Virus record (IMG/VR): IMGVR_UViG_3300032093_009077
Span: 3,939-67,938 of that record
Reading direction: 5' to 3' (one strand)
DNA from: a virus
DNA length: 64,000 nt
How positions within the stretch are numbered: the first letter of the stretch is position 1; every line of letters starts with the position of its first letter. Both the position numbers and the translations under genes were made by a program. The notes under the pieces are model-generated. The model did not search any database and was not told the DNA's origin. It worked only from the letters and a program-made list of their open reading frames with translations. This document shows positions 44,468-54,781 of this stretch, piece by piece.

Positions 44468-46237
44468 ATGCCGTTAACACAAATTCAACCAGGTTCTTAT
44501 GAAGCCGCATCAATTAACACAACAGATTTAGGTGCAAATGTAACGGCAACTTATGCGACCTATGCGGCCGTTGCAGCCAATCTTACACCAAGAATCACTA
44601 CAGTCAATGTCGCCAATAGTTCTTATACAGTATTAGATGATACTGCTGTAAATACAGCTGGTGGATATCTAGTAATTACTGGTGCAAACTTTCAATCTGG
44701 TGCTATTGTAACAATCGATACAACAAATGCAACAAGCACTACATTTATTAACAGTACTACATTAAGAGTTCAAACACAATCAAGAACTGCTGGTTCATAT
44801 AATTTATATGTTACAAATCCAGATGGTGGAACTGCAATTAAAATTTTAGGTGTAACTTACTCAAATACTCCAATATGGGGTACAGCAGCCACTTTAAGTG
44901 GTCAGGTATCTAATACGGCCTTTGCTGTAAACATTAGTGCCAATTCAGATTCAGCTGTAACTTATAGCAATACTACGGCATTACCAGCAGGTACCACATT
45001 ATTGGCTAATGGGCTTTTTTATGGTACTGTAAGTATTGGTGCAGAAACTACGTATTCATTTGATGTAAATGCTATTGATGCTGAGTTACAAGATACACCA
45101 AGAACATTTAGCTTGACGGTTACAGTACCACCTCCTTGGATCACAGGAGCATTATGGGTTTGGGGTGATGATACTAACGGTCAGTCTGGATTAAATGTTC
45201 CAGTTAATACAACTAGATCAAGTCCTGTTCAAGTTGGATCAGATACTACATGGACAAGTGAACAAGGTGCTAATGGCGCAACTAATGGCAGTAGAATTGC
45301 CATAAAAACTAATAATACTTTATGGGCTTGGGGTTCTGGCACCGGTGGCATTTTAGGACTTAATGATGCTATTAATCGATCAAGTCCTGTGCAAATAGGT
45401 ACAGCAACAAATTGGAGTAAAGTCGGTCAAGGCCAAGGTGGAACATGTTTTTTCGCAATTAAAACTGATGGTACTCTTTGGACTTGGGGACCATCTAATG
45501 CAGTAATGGGACTTAATGATGCTATTCACCATTCTAATAATCGATCAAGTCCTACTCAAATAGGCACAGAAACAACCTGGAATGGCATTTGGGCTGGCCA
45601 AAACGTTGTAACTGCTACTAAAACTGATAATACATTATGGGTTTGGGGTTCTGGCTCTAATGGTTCATTGGGACTTAATGATGTTATTAATCGATCAAGT
45701 CCTACTCAAGTAACATTTTCAAATTGGTCAAAAATTAATGTTGGTCAGTTTTTAATATCTATTGTTAAAACAGATGGTACTCTTTGGATGTTTGGAGGAA
45801 ATAATATTCAAGGAGTTTACGGAAATGATACTGCCGTCAATGTATCAAGCCCAATACAAATTGGTTCTTCTACAAATTGGCGAGAAGTCTGGCCAGGTCA
45901 AACAGTATGTTTTGGAGTTAAAACAGATGGAACAGCATGGGTTTGGGGAAGTTCTGCATATGGTAACACAGGTTTGAATGATCTTGTTTCTCGATCAAGT
46001 CCAACACAATTAGGATCACTTACTACATGGAAATCTGGTAGAATATTTGGTGGTCATGCATTGGCTATTACAACTTCAAATCAATTATTTACATGGGGAA
46101 GAAATATTAATGGAATGCTTGGAGACAATATAACATACGGCGCTAATAGATCTTCTCCTGCTCAAGTAGGATCTGCAACAAATTGGCAATTTGCACAAAT
46201 AGGCGGTACAACAACAGCATTTGCACTTCGCTCATAA
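44468..46237 (+). CDS. IPT/TIG + Ig-like + RCC1-repeat beta-propeller protein, putative receptor-binding or virion protein
   Basis: ITGANFQSGA...VTNPDGG; repeats of AIKTDGTLWxWG...LGLND..NRSSPxQxG. Confidence 0.85.
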   Translation: MPLTQIQPGSYEAASINTTDLGANVTATYATYAAVAANLTPRITTVNVANSSYTVLDDTAVNTAGGYLVITGANFQSGAIVTIDTTNATSTTFINSTTLRVQTQSRTAGSYNLYVTNPDGGTAIKILGVTYSNTPIWGTAATLSGQVSNTAFAVNISANSDSAVTYSNTTALPAGTTLLANGLFYGTVSIGAETTYSFDVNAIDAELQDTPRTFSLTVTVPPPWITGALWVWGDDTNGQSGLNVPVNTTRSSPVQVGSDTTWTSEQGANGATNGSRIAIKTNNTLWAWGSGTGGILGLNDAINRSSPVQIGTATNWSKVGQGQGGTCFFAIKTDGTLWTWGPSNAVMGLNDAIHHSNNRSSPTQIGTETTWNGIWAGQNVVTATKTDNTLWVWGSGSNGSLGLNDVINRSSPTQVTFSNWSKINVGQFLISIVKTDGTLWMFGGNNIQGVYGNDTAVNVSSPIQIGSSTNWREVWPGQTVCFGVKTDGTAWVWGSSAYGNTGLNDLVSRSSPTQLGSLTTWKSGRIFGGHALAITTSNQLFTWGRNINGMLGDNITYGANRSSPAQVGSATNWQFAQIGGTTTAFALRS

Positions 46238-46255
46238 AATAACAGAGAAAAACAA

Positions 46256-46417
46256 ATGGCACTCACTAAAATATCTTCAAATGAAATTCAAACTGGTGCA
46301 GTTACATCAGATAAAATTGCAACCAACGTATCACTTGGTGGTCCTCAAATAGGTACAGCAACAACATGGAAAAATGTTTATCCATTATATTATGGTCAAC
46401 TAGGTATTGGTGAATAA
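46256..46417 (+). pseudogene. Internally deleted remnant of an RCC1-repeat gene (53-aa ORF, not in the ORF track)
   Basis: MALTKISSNEIQTGAVTSDKI...LGGP joined directly to QIGTATTWKNV; CAAATAGGTACAGCAACAA also occurs near 45392. Confidence 0.6.
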
Positions 46418-46418
46418 A

Positions 46419-46838
46419 ATGAAATCTTTAATCCTCTCCATACTCCTTACAACCACTCTTTCAGGCTGTGCGGTTGGTTATAAAGTCTACGATGCCTTCT
46501 TTATGGCTAAATATGATAACCTTGAATATGCATTGACCAACAAAGTCCGCACACTATCTGAATTGGCTGTTGAAGATTGTAAAGACCAAAGCAAATCAAA
46601 AGATAATTTTGAAGGTCTCTATTTCATTTCAGTAGAGTTGAAAAACTTTACACAATATTTACCTGATAATCCTGATGCTCACAAATTGGCAGGCAACCTC
46701 GTAGAATTAACAAAACAAGGAAGGGAATTGTATGCTAAAGGTACTGGTGTTTCTGAAGGTTTTTGCCGAATCAAGTTACAACAAATTAATCGGTCTGCTG
46801 AAGTGGCCCAAAAAGTAATAGGAAAGAAACCAAGATGA
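46419..46838 (+). CDS. Lipoprotein
   Basis: MKSLILSILLTTTLSGC lipobox. Confidence 0.75.
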   Translation: MKSLILSILLTTTLSGCAVGYKVYDAFFMAKYDNLEYALTNKVRTLSELAVEDCKDQSKSKDNFEGLYFISVELKNFTQYLPDNPDAHKLAGNLVELTKQGRELYAKGTGVSEGFCRIKLQQINRSAEVAQKVIGKKPR

Positions 46839-47041
46839 CTTTAAATGAAATAGATGCTTCATATCGTGAAGCTACATCAATGTTTGAACAAGGTGAAATT
46901 ACCAAAGAAGAATATTTAAATTTTCTTCGTGGGTTTGAAATTGAAAAAACCGTAACAATGAACGCAGAAGAAATGCAGCAGAAAGAACAACTTCATGCTG
47001 CAATTACAACTGCTATTTCAATTGTGAGTGCTTTGGCGTGA
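46835..47041 (+). CDS. Hypothetical protein
   Basis: ATGA coupling; GEITKEEY (SHOCT-like). Confidence 0.6.
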   Translation: MTLNEIDASYREATSMFEQGEITKEEYLNFLRGFEIEKTVTMNAEEMQQKEQLHAAITTAISIVSALA

Positions 47042-47271
47042 ATTGGTTTCACAGCATGTTATCTGATGGTACAGATGATCTTATCAGCAGTAAAAGAGCA
47101 GTAACAATCGCCGCATTTGTTTTGTGTGCTATCGCCTTTGTTGCAGATTTATTTTGGGATTATAAGGTAGATCCAAATGTGTTTGAGGGTATGATGTATA
47201 TTGCCATCGCCGGCCTTGGAGTTACTGCCTCAGAAAAATTTGCTAAAAAGAGCGAGGCACCAAAACTATGA
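47038..47271 (+). CDS. Two-TM membrane protein, holin candidate
   Basis: SSKR, two TM helices, basic tail. Confidence 0.55.
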   Translation: MNWFHSMLSDGTDDLISSKRAVTIAAFVLCAIAFVADLFWDYKVDPNVFEGMMYIAIAGLGVTASEKFAKKSEAPKL

Positions 47272-47474
47272 AAATAAATAATATGTCTTACCATTTACAA
47301 GATGTTACACTAACCCCTGTTGAACCAAAACGTTTTGCAGAATATGTGCAAGATAAACAACAAACGGATGCAGAAGTAAAAGCGGTTCTTGAAAAAATAG
47401 ATCAAGAAATGGTAGATTTGAAATGCCTACTATCACAAATTGCCGCAATAAGGTGTAACAAAGATGTATCCTGA
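47268..47474 (+). CDS. Hypothetical protein
   Basis: Translational coupling. Confidence 0.5.
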   Translation: MKINNMSYHLQDVTLTPVEPKRFAEYVQDKQQTDAEVKAVLEKIDQEMVDLKCLLSQIAAIRCNKDVS

Positions 47475-47937
47475 AGAAGAAAAAATACACAACATAGAAA
47501 TGAAAGTTGGCTTGCTCGAAAAAGATATACAGCAAGTTGATCGTGTGTGTGAAAAACTATCCGAATCAATTGAAAAGATTCAAGAAATGAATGACAACAT
47601 GATTCGTATGTTGACTATTCATGAACAACGCCATGAACAGCACGAAAAGGCAGAAGATAATTTGCAAGAAGATATTAAAGAACTGCACTCAAGAATTACC
47701 ACAATTAGCCGTGAAATTCATGATAGAATAGATCAGGTCGAATTTCGTATTACCGAAAGACTTGACAATATTCGTGCCGATCTGATTCGCCATAAAGAAG
47801 AAGATGGTGGCAATAAAGTTGGTGCTACATTAAAAGAAATAGACAAATATAAATGGATGATATTAGGTGCAGCTATTGCTATCGGTTGGATTATCGGCAA
47901 CGTCAATCTAGGTGTTTTAGGTACACTTTTCAAATAA
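47464..47937 (+). CDS. Coiled-coil protein with C-terminal TM helix
   Basis: Heptad pattern; KWMILGAAIAIGWII. Confidence 0.7.
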   Translation: MYPEEEKIHNIEMKVGLLEKDIQQVDRVCEKLSESIEKIQEMNDNMIRMLTIHEQRHEQHEKAEDNLQEDIKELHSRITTISREIHDRIDQVEFRITERLDNIRADLIRHKEEDGGNKVGATLKEIDKYKWMILGAAIAIGWIIGNVNLGVLGTLFK

Positions 47938-47975
47938 ACTTGTTTTTGTTGTAGTTTTCTGTTACACTTTACATT

Positions 47976-49004
47976 ATGTTATCTGTTGATTCTAAATACA
48001 TCCGTCTACTCTCATTCCGTCTGCGAAACTTTAAGCAGAAGAATGATTACCTTTGGAATTTTTCCTGTCCCATATGCGGTGACAGTAAGAAAAATAAAAC
48101 AAAGGCTCGTGGATATGTGTACCGTAAATTAAATGATTTGTTTTATTCCTGCCATAATTGTGGTGCAGGGTTAAGTATTGGTAATTTTATAAAGTTCGTT
48201 GATGAAAATTTACACAAAGAATACACACTTGAGCGATACACATCAGGTAAGACCAATAACTCCTCGCTCGCTAACACAGTCCTCAACATCAGCCCACCGA
48301 AATTTGATCGAATTGAAAAGGCGAAAACATTTGACCATGCCGAATGGGTCAGCAAACTCCCAAGTGGACATTTTTGTTTAGATTATGTTTCAAACAGAAA
48401 AATACCAATCGAGTTTCACGATAAGTTATTGTTTACTGAGCATTACAAACAATTCATTGATACTCTGATACCAAATCATGGCAAAATTTTATATGATGAT
48501 CCACGACTTGTAATACCCTTTTATGATGAATATGATGAATTAATTGCAGTATCAGGTCGTGCATTGGTAAAAAGCGAAAGAGAATTGAGATACATTACGA
48601 TTCGCACCAATGACTCTCAAAGTAAGTTGATATTTGGCATGGATCGTGTAGATTTATCAAAAGATGTTTATATTGTAGAAGGACCACTTGATTCATTGTT
48701 TATAAGTAACTGTATAGCAAGTGGTGACGCAAATCTTTCATTGACAGCAAAAAATATTTCAGCAGGTAAAAAGATTTTAATTTTTGATAATGAACCAAGA
48801 AATAAAGAAGTGATGAATTTGATGCAAAATGCCATTAAATCCGATCAATATGTCGTTATTTGGCCTAATACGATGAGAGGTAAAGACATAAACGAAATGA
48901 TTATGAATGGTTATACTCAAAGTGAGATACAAGAAATTATAAGTAGTAACTCCTTCAAAGGTCTTGAAGCGCAAGCTAAATTTACATTTTGGAAAAAAAT
49001 ATGA
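47976..49004 (+). CDS. gp61: DNA primase
   Basis: CPICGDS...CHNCG zinc finger; VEGPLDS and DNEPRN...KDIN TOPRIM. Confidence 0.95.
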   Translation: MLSVDSKYIRLLSFRLRNFKQKNDYLWNFSCPICGDSKKNKTKARGYVYRKLNDLFYSCHNCGAGLSIGNFIKFVDENLHKEYTLERYTSGKTNNSSLANTVLNISPPKFDRIEKAKTFDHAEWVSKLPSGHFCLDYVSNRKIPIEFHDKLLFTEHYKQFIDTLIPNHGKILYDDPRLVIPFYDEYDELIAVSGRALVKSERELRYITIRTNDSQSKLIFGMDRVDLSKDVYIVEGPLDSLFISNCIASGDANLSLTAKNISAGKKILIFDNEPRNKEVMNLMQNAIKSDQYVVIWPNTMRGKDINEMIMNGYTQSEIQEIISSNSFKGLEAQAKFTFWKKI

Positions 49005-49657
49005 AAGTTGAATTGATTAGTTATTCTCAACCTGATGTATATTTTGTTGAGAATATGACAGAATTGGTTGCCTTCTGTGCGAGAGTGTCGAATCCAAGCA
49101 ATCAATCTAATAAAGATACAAGTGACAAATTGATTCGTTATCTTATCAAACATGCTCATTGGAGTCCTTTAGAAATGGTGAGCATGTGTTTAGAAATAGA
49201 AACTACAAGAGATATTGCGAGACAAATGTTACGTCACCGTTCTTTTTCTTTTCAAGAGTTTAGTCAAAGATACGCCGATCCAACAAAAGAATTAGATTTT
49301 GTAATTCGTGAAGCAAGATTACAAGATGAAAAGAATCGTCAAAATAGTATTGAGACAGAAGATAACTTATTACAAATAGAATGGGAAAGAGCTCAGAAAA
49401 GAGTTTTGTTTGCAGCCAAAAGAGAATATGAATGGGCTATCAAAAATGGTATTGCAAAAGAACAGGCTCGTGCAGTATTACCTGAAGGACTTACAGTATC
49501 TAGATTATACATGAATGGAACACTCAGATCATGGATTCACTACATACAACTTCGCTCTGCGAATGGCACACAAAAAGAACACATGGAAATTGCACGTAAA
49601 TGTGCAGAAGTAATCGCCAAAGTATTTCCGATGGCGAATGAATTTGTAACAAAATAA
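49001..49657 (+). CDS. thyX: Flavin-dependent thymidylate synthase
   Basis: HWSPLE, RHRSFSFQEFSQRY, AR.VLP. Confidence 0.96.
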   Translation: MKVELISYSQPDVYFVENMTELVAFCARVSNPSNQSNKDTSDKLIRYLIKHAHWSPLEMVSMCLEIETTRDIARQMLRHRSFSFQEFSQRYADPTKELDFVIREARLQDEKNRQNSIETEDNLLQIEWERAQKRVLFAAKREYEWAIKNGIAKEQARAVLPEGLTVSRLYMNGTLRSWIHYIQLRSANGTQKEHMEIARKCAEVIAKVFPMANEFVTK

Positions 49658-49677
49658 TAATAACATTGGAGTATTGG

Positions 49678-51474
49678 ATGAACAATATCGTTCACGGCAT
49701 CACCGTTGATTTCACTAGAGATTCGTTATTTGATGAATTAGGCATTAAAAGGTTAAAAGAAAGTTATATGCGTGAAGATGAAACTTCACCACAAGAAAGG
49801 TTTGCATATGTCTCTAAACATTTTGGGTCGAACATTGAACACTCGCAAAGGCTTTATGAGTATTCTTCTCGACATTGGCTTTCTTATAGTACTCCCATTT
49901 TATCTTTTGGTCGGAGTAAGCGTGGTCTTCCTATTTCATGTTTTCTTCCATATTTGGATGATTCTGCGGAAGGCCTTGTTGATTGTTTATCTGAAGTTAA
50001 CTGGCTCTCAATGTTAGGTGGAGGTATAGGAATTGGAATTGGAATTCGTAGTTCAGATGATAAGTCGGTTGGTGTTATGCCTCATTTGCGTACCTATGAT
50101 GCTTCATCACTTGCTTATCGGCAAGGCCGAACAAGGCGTGGTTCTTACGCTGCTTATCTTGATATTTCTCATCCTGATATTCTCATTTTTTTAGAGATGC
50201 GTAAACCAACAGGCGACCAAAATATGCGTTGCTTGAATCTACATCATGGCATCAATATTACAGATGACTTCATGTATCTAATCGAAAAGTGTATGTTAGA
50301 CCCAAATGCAGATGATACATGGGAACTTAAAGACCCACATAGTGGTGAAGTGCGTGATACGGTACCTGCTCGTGAATTGTGGCAACGCATACTTGAGATT
50401 CGTATGCAAACAGGTGAACCATATTTGCATTTCATTGATACAAGTAATGCAGCGATGCCAGAGTTTCAAAAGAAATTAGGCCTATCAATCAAACAATCTA
50501 ATTTGTGTAGTGAAATTATTTTACCAACAGATAAAGAACGCACAGCCGTATGTTGTTTATCATCAGTTAATTTGGAGTATTTTGATGAATGGAAATCTGA
50601 CCCATTATTTTTGCGTGACGTTGCCGAAATGCTTGATAATGTCTTGCAGTACTTTATTGACAATGCTCCTGACACTATTGCTCGTGCAAAGTATAGTGCC
50701 CAGCGGGAGCGTTCTATTGGTATCGGTGCTCTTGGGTTCCATGCTTATTTGCAGCGAAACAATTTGGCTTGGGAATCTGCTTTGGCCACATCAGCCAACA
50801 ACAAAATCTTTAAACACATTAGAGCACACTTAGATCAAGCAAACATATATCTTGGTAAACAAAGGGGTGAAGCTCCTGACGCTAAAGGTACCGGTTTACG
50901 CTTTAGTCATATGCTCGCTATTGCTCCTAATGCTAGTTCATCCATCATTATGGGTAACACTAGCCCTTCTGTTGAACCTTTTCGAGCTAATGCTTATCGA
51001 CAAGACACATTGAGTGGTGCATTTTTAAACAAGAACAAATATTTGGATAAAATCATCAAGGAGAAATGCGATGCAGACAGTAAACTCGACTACAATGAGA
51101 TTTGGTCATCAATTATCTCAAACGATGGATCCATTCAACACCTTGACTTTCTCGATGAATGGACGAAAGATGTGTATAAAACCTCTATGGAAATTGACCA
51201 AAGATGGGTTGTGGACCATGCAGCTAACAGACAAAGTTACATTGACCAAGCGCAATCTATCAATCTCTTTTTTCGACCAGATGTTAACGTAAAATATCTC
51301 CATGCTGTACACTTTCAAGCATGGAAACAAGGGTTGAAAACACTTTACTATTGTCGTTCTGAAAAATTGGCCAAAGCCGATAAAGTAAGTAAAAAGATTG
51401 AACGCCAAGTGATACAAGAAATTGATTTGAAACAATTGGCGACTGAAGAAGTGTGTTTGGCCTGTGAAGGTTAA
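49678..51474 (+). CDS. nrdA: Class I ribonucleotide reductase alpha subunit (short, no ATP cone)
   Basis: PISCF, SNLCSE, APNASSS, LKTLYY, C-terminal CLACEG. Confidence 0.96.
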   Translation: MNNIVHGITVDFTRDSLFDELGIKRLKESYMREDETSPQERFAYVSKHFGSNIEHSQRLYEYSSRHWLSYSTPILSFGRSKRGLPISCFLPYLDDSAEGLVDCLSEVNWLSMLGGGIGIGIGIRSSDDKSVGVMPHLRTYDASSLAYRQGRTRRGSYAAYLDISHPDILIFLEMRKPTGDQNMRCLNLHHGINITDDFMYLIEKCMLDPNADDTWELKDPHSGEVRDTVPARELWQRILEIRMQTGEPYLHFIDTSNAAMPEFQKKLGLSIKQSNLCSEIILPTDKERTAVCCLSSVNLEYFDEWKSDPLFLRDVAEMLDNVLQYFIDNAPDTIARAKYSAQRERSIGIGALGFHAYLQRNNLAWESALATSANNKIFKHIRAHLDQANIYLGKQRGEAPDAKGTGLRFSHMLAIAPNASSSIIMGNTSPSVEPFRANAYRQDTLSGAFLNKNKYLDKIIKEKCDADSKLDYNEIWSSIISNDGSIQHLDFLDEWTKDVYKTSMEIDQRWVVDHAANRQSYIDQAQSINLFFRPDVNVKYLHAVHFQAWKQGLKTLYYCRSEKLAKADKVSKKIERQVIQEIDLKQLATEEVCLACEG

Positions 51475-52252
51475 TGTTGTACTAAGAACTTGCGATAGAG
51501 TATCTTTGGCTACCGATAGAATAGTGCCAAAGGATGAATGTATAGTAAGATGTTTACATTCACTTGTGTCATCATTGGATGAATATGGCGACTATTCATT
51601 ACATATTATAGATGATAACTCAAGTGAAGAAACAAAAAATAAAATTAAAGAGATTGCACATTCTGCTACATTTAATTTTTTACCAGAAAGAAATCAAGAT
51701 GGGTTAAATGGTAAACAGAAGTCACGTTACTCAGTTAAAGTTGCCTATGATTACATTGATACTTTACCTGAAGATGAATTAGTTTACATTGTAGAAGATG
51801 ATTATTTGCATTATAATTATTCAATACAAAGAATGATTGATGCATGGAAGTTTTTTAGTAGTTTTGATTTAAGTGTAGACATTGGTATATTTCCACAAGA
51901 TTTTGCACAATTATATCTACACCCAAGAAATTTATATAACGAAACATACGTCAGGCCATGTATTGTGGTTGCAGGACCAGATCGTTACTATCGCACTACA
52001 TGGTTTACACATGAATCATTTATGGTTCGTAAATCAGTAATAACAAAATATAAAGAAGAATTTGATAAACTAATGGAGATTGGTGAAATAGATGGCAAAT
52101 GGGAAGGCACATGTTTATCAAATGTATGGGTAAAACCTGATGTAAAGATGTTGATGCCCATGAAAACACTTGCTATACATGTAAGTGCCAAAGAAGATAT
52201 TTCATTCTTCTGCGATGATTTTTATAGGCTATGGGAACAAAACGCATATTAG
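51464..52252 (+). CDS. GT2-like glycosyltransferase
   Basis: IIDDNSS, YIVEDDYLH. Confidence 0.7.
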   Translation: MKVNVVLRTCDRVSLATDRIVPKDECIVRCLHSLVSSLDEYGDYSLHIIDDNSSEETKNKIKEIAHSATFNFLPERNQDGLNGKQKSRYSVKVAYDYIDTLPEDELVYIVEDDYLHYNYSIQRMIDAWKFFSSFDLSVDIGIFPQDFAQLYLHPRNLYNETYVRPCIVVAGPDRYYRTTWFTHESFMVRKSVITKYKEEFDKLMEIGEIDGKWEGTCLSNVWVKPDVKMLMPMKTLAIHVSAKEDISFFCDDFYRLWEQNAY

Positions 52253-53250
52253 TTGTAGGTGCTGGCTTTGCTGGTGCCGTAGTTGCTCGTAAGTTACATG
52301 AGGCTGGTTATGATGTAACTGTAATAGATCGCCGTGATCATATTGCTGGTAATGCTTATGATTTTCAAAATGGTTTTGGTATTCGTGTGCATAGATATGG
52401 TCCACACCTATTTCATACAAATAACGAAGAAGTATTTAAATGGTTGACCAAGTTTACAGATTGGGTGCCGTACGAACACCACATCAAGGCCAAATTGAAA
52501 GATGGTACATTTGTACCTTTTCCTGTAAATAGAAATACATTGAAACATGTAAAGAAAGATGATGTATTTAAAGTATTCTTTGAACCTTACTCAAAGAAGA
52601 TGTGGGGTGAATACTATAAAGAGTTAAGCAAAGATGTTTTTGATCGTGTAAAGCCTAGAGATACAAATGATGATAGGTGTTTTACAGATGAATATCAGTA
52701 TATGCCAGTTGATGGTTATACTAAGATGTTTGAAAACATATTGAACGGCATCAAAGTTAAATTAAGTACTGATTATCATAAATCAATGGAAAATGATTAT
52801 GACCATATATTTAATTCGATGGCCATAGATGAATATTATGATTATTGTTATGGTGAATTGCCATATCGATCAATACGTTTTCATACACACACAGTACCAA
52901 TTGATGAAATATTACCATGCACCACAGTAAACTTTACTGACGATAATAAGTTTACAAGAGTTACAGAATGGAAACAAATACCAATGCATGGTACCAATAT
53001 GAATTATAGTACAGTTACATATGAAGAACCTTGTGATTATAAAGAAACTGGTGAAAAGTATTATCCAGTTATCACAGAAAAAAATAAAGAGTTGTACAAG
53101 AAGTATAGAGAAATACAAAATGATAAGGTGACATTTATTGGCCGTTGTGGCCTTTATACCTACATGGATATGCATATGGTTATTTCGTCATCGTTATCAA
53201 TTGCAAAAAAATTTATAAGAGAGAACAAATATGGTAAAGAAGAAGCATAA
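52231..53250 (+). CDS. glf: UDP-galactopyranose mutase
   Basis: VGAGFAG, HIAGNAYD, HRYGPHLFHT, YYP, GRCGLY.YMDM. Confidence 0.93.
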   Translation: MGTKRILVVGAGFAGAVVARKLHEAGYDVTVIDRRDHIAGNAYDFQNGFGIRVHRYGPHLFHTNNEEVFKWLTKFTDWVPYEHHIKAKLKDGTFVPFPVNRNTLKHVKKDDVFKVFFEPYSKKMWGEYYKELSKDVFDRVKPRDTNDDRCFTDEYQYMPVDGYTKMFENILNGIKVKLSTDYHKSMENDYDHIFNSMAIDEYYDYCYGELPYRSIRFHTHTVPIDEILPCTTVNFTDDNKFTRVTEWKQIPMHGTNMNYSTVTYEEPCDYKETGEKYYPVITEKNKELYKKYREIQNDKVTFIGRCGLYTYMDMHMVISSSLSIAKKFIRENKYGKEEA

Positions 53251-54220
53251 CATAACAGAAGAAAGAAATTCATTTAAACCATTCTATTATCCGTGGGCAT
53301 ATGAGGCATGGTTGAAACACGAACAAATTCATTGGTTGCATACAGAAGTGCCAATGCTTGAAGATGTAAAAGATTGGAAAAACAAATTATCGAAAGAAGA
53401 AAAACAATTTCTCACACACATCTTTCGTTTCTTCACACAAGGCGACATAGATGTTGCTGGTGGTTATGTAAAGAATTATCTACCATACTTTCAACAACCT
53501 GAAGTTCGTATGATGTTGCTTGGTTTTGCGGCTCGTGAAGCACTACATGTTGCTGCATATTCACATTTAATTGAAACTCTTGGTTTGCCTGAAACCATGT
53601 ATAATCAGTTTTTAGAATATGATGCCATGAAACAGAAACACGATTACATTTTAGACATTTCAAATCAAAATACATCAAAAGAAAACACAGCCAAACACAT
53701 TGCTGTATTCTCTGCATTTACCGAAGGCATGCAATTGTTTAGTTCATTTATTATGTTGTTGAATTTCCCACGCCACGGTAAAATGAAAGGCATGGGACAG
53801 ATTGTTACATGGTCGATTGTAGATGAGACAATGCATACAGAATCAATGATTAAACTGTTTAGAACATATATCGAAGAAAATAAAGAGATTTGGAATGATG
53901 ATCTTAAATCTCAGATATATACCATTGCAACCAAGATGGTCGAATTAGAAGATAAGTTCATCGACCTTGCGTTTGACATGGGACCAATGCAAGATTTAAC
54001 GTCTGAAGATGTTAAACAGTATATTCGTTATATTGCTGATCGTAGATTGATTAGTCTTGGTATGAAAGGAATTTTCAAAGTTAAAAAGAACCCGTTACCA
54101 TGGGTAGAAGAAATGATTAACAGTCCAATTCATGGTAATTTCTTTGAGAATCGTGTTACAGATTATGCAAAAGGTGCTTTATCGGGAGATTGGGAAGATG
54201 TTTGGGGTAAAGCCGCATAA
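53231..54220 (+). CDS. nrdB: Ribonucleotide reductase beta subunit
   Basis: EALHVAAY, EGMQLFSSF, DETMH, NFFE. Confidence 0.96.
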   Translation: MVKKKHNITEERNSFKPFYYPWAYEAWLKHEQIHWLHTEVPMLEDVKDWKNKLSKEEKQFLTHIFRFFTQGDIDVAGGYVKNYLPYFQQPEVRMMLLGFAAREALHVAAYSHLIETLGLPETMYNQFLEYDAMKQKHDYILDISNQNTSKENTAKHIAVFSAFTEGMQLFSSFIMLLNFPRHGKMKGMGQIVTWSIVDETMHTESMIKLFRTYIEENKEIWNDDLKSQIYTIATKMVELEDKFIDLAFDMGPMQDLTSEDVKQYIRYIADRRLISLGMKGIFKVKKNPLPWVEEMINSPIHGNFFENRVTDYAKGALSGDWEDVWGKAA

Positions 54221-54231
54221 AGGAGAAATAA

Positions 54232-54375
54232 ATGTTAGAAACTCTATTTTGGATTTTAGTAGGTGCTTTTATTGGTTGGAATTTTCCACAACCTGAATTA
54301 GCAAAAAACATTCAAGCCAAGTATTTACAAAAGTATATCGATAAACTAAAAGCAATTTTGTTTTTCTGGAGATAA
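54232..54375 (+). CDS. 47-aa membrane protein (not in the ORF track)
   Basis: AAGGAG SD; MLETLFWILVGAFIGWNFPQP. Confidence 0.65.
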   Translation: MLETLFWILVGAFIGWNFPQPELAKNIQAKYLQKYIDKLKAILFFWR

Positions 54376-54376
54376 A

Positions 54377-54781
54377 ATGGCATATTCATCACAGGTTATA
54401 GACCACTATGAAAATCCTAGAAACGTTGGAAGTTTTGATCGACAAGACACCTCTGTGGGTACTGGAATGGTTGGCGCACCGGCCTGCGGCGATGTAATGA
54501 AATTACAAATTAAGGTAGACGATGGCATTATCACGGATGCAAAATTTAAAACATATGGATGTGGCTCTGCGATTGCAAGTAGTTCACTTGTCACGGAGTG
54601 GGTTAAGGGCAAGACTCTTGCTCAAGCGGCGGAGATTAGGAATACACAAATTGCAGAAGAACTTGCGTTACCGCCGGTTAAAATACATTGCTCCATATTG
54701 GCAGAGGATGCGATCAAAGCGGCCATAGGCGATTATAGAAAGAAAAACGAAATTGATAACACTAACACCATTAGCAGCTGA
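54377..54781 (+). CDS. iscU: Fe-S cluster scaffold IscU
   Basis: [36 protein letters not shown]. Confidence 0.97.
   Translation: MAYSSQVIDHYENPRNVGSFDRQDTSVGTGMVGAPACGDVMKLQIKVDDGIITDAKFKTYGCGSAIASSSLVTEWVKGKTLAQAAEIRNTQIAEELALPPVKIHCSILAEDAIKAAIGDYRKKNEIDNTNTISS

Noticed and set aside
44468-46237. Recurring CTTAATGATG...AATCGATCAAGTCCT units resembling a CRISPR array or DGR repeats
   Set aside because: They are in-frame RCC1 protein repeats with degenerate codons; no cas or reverse transcriptase gene and no adenine-only variation
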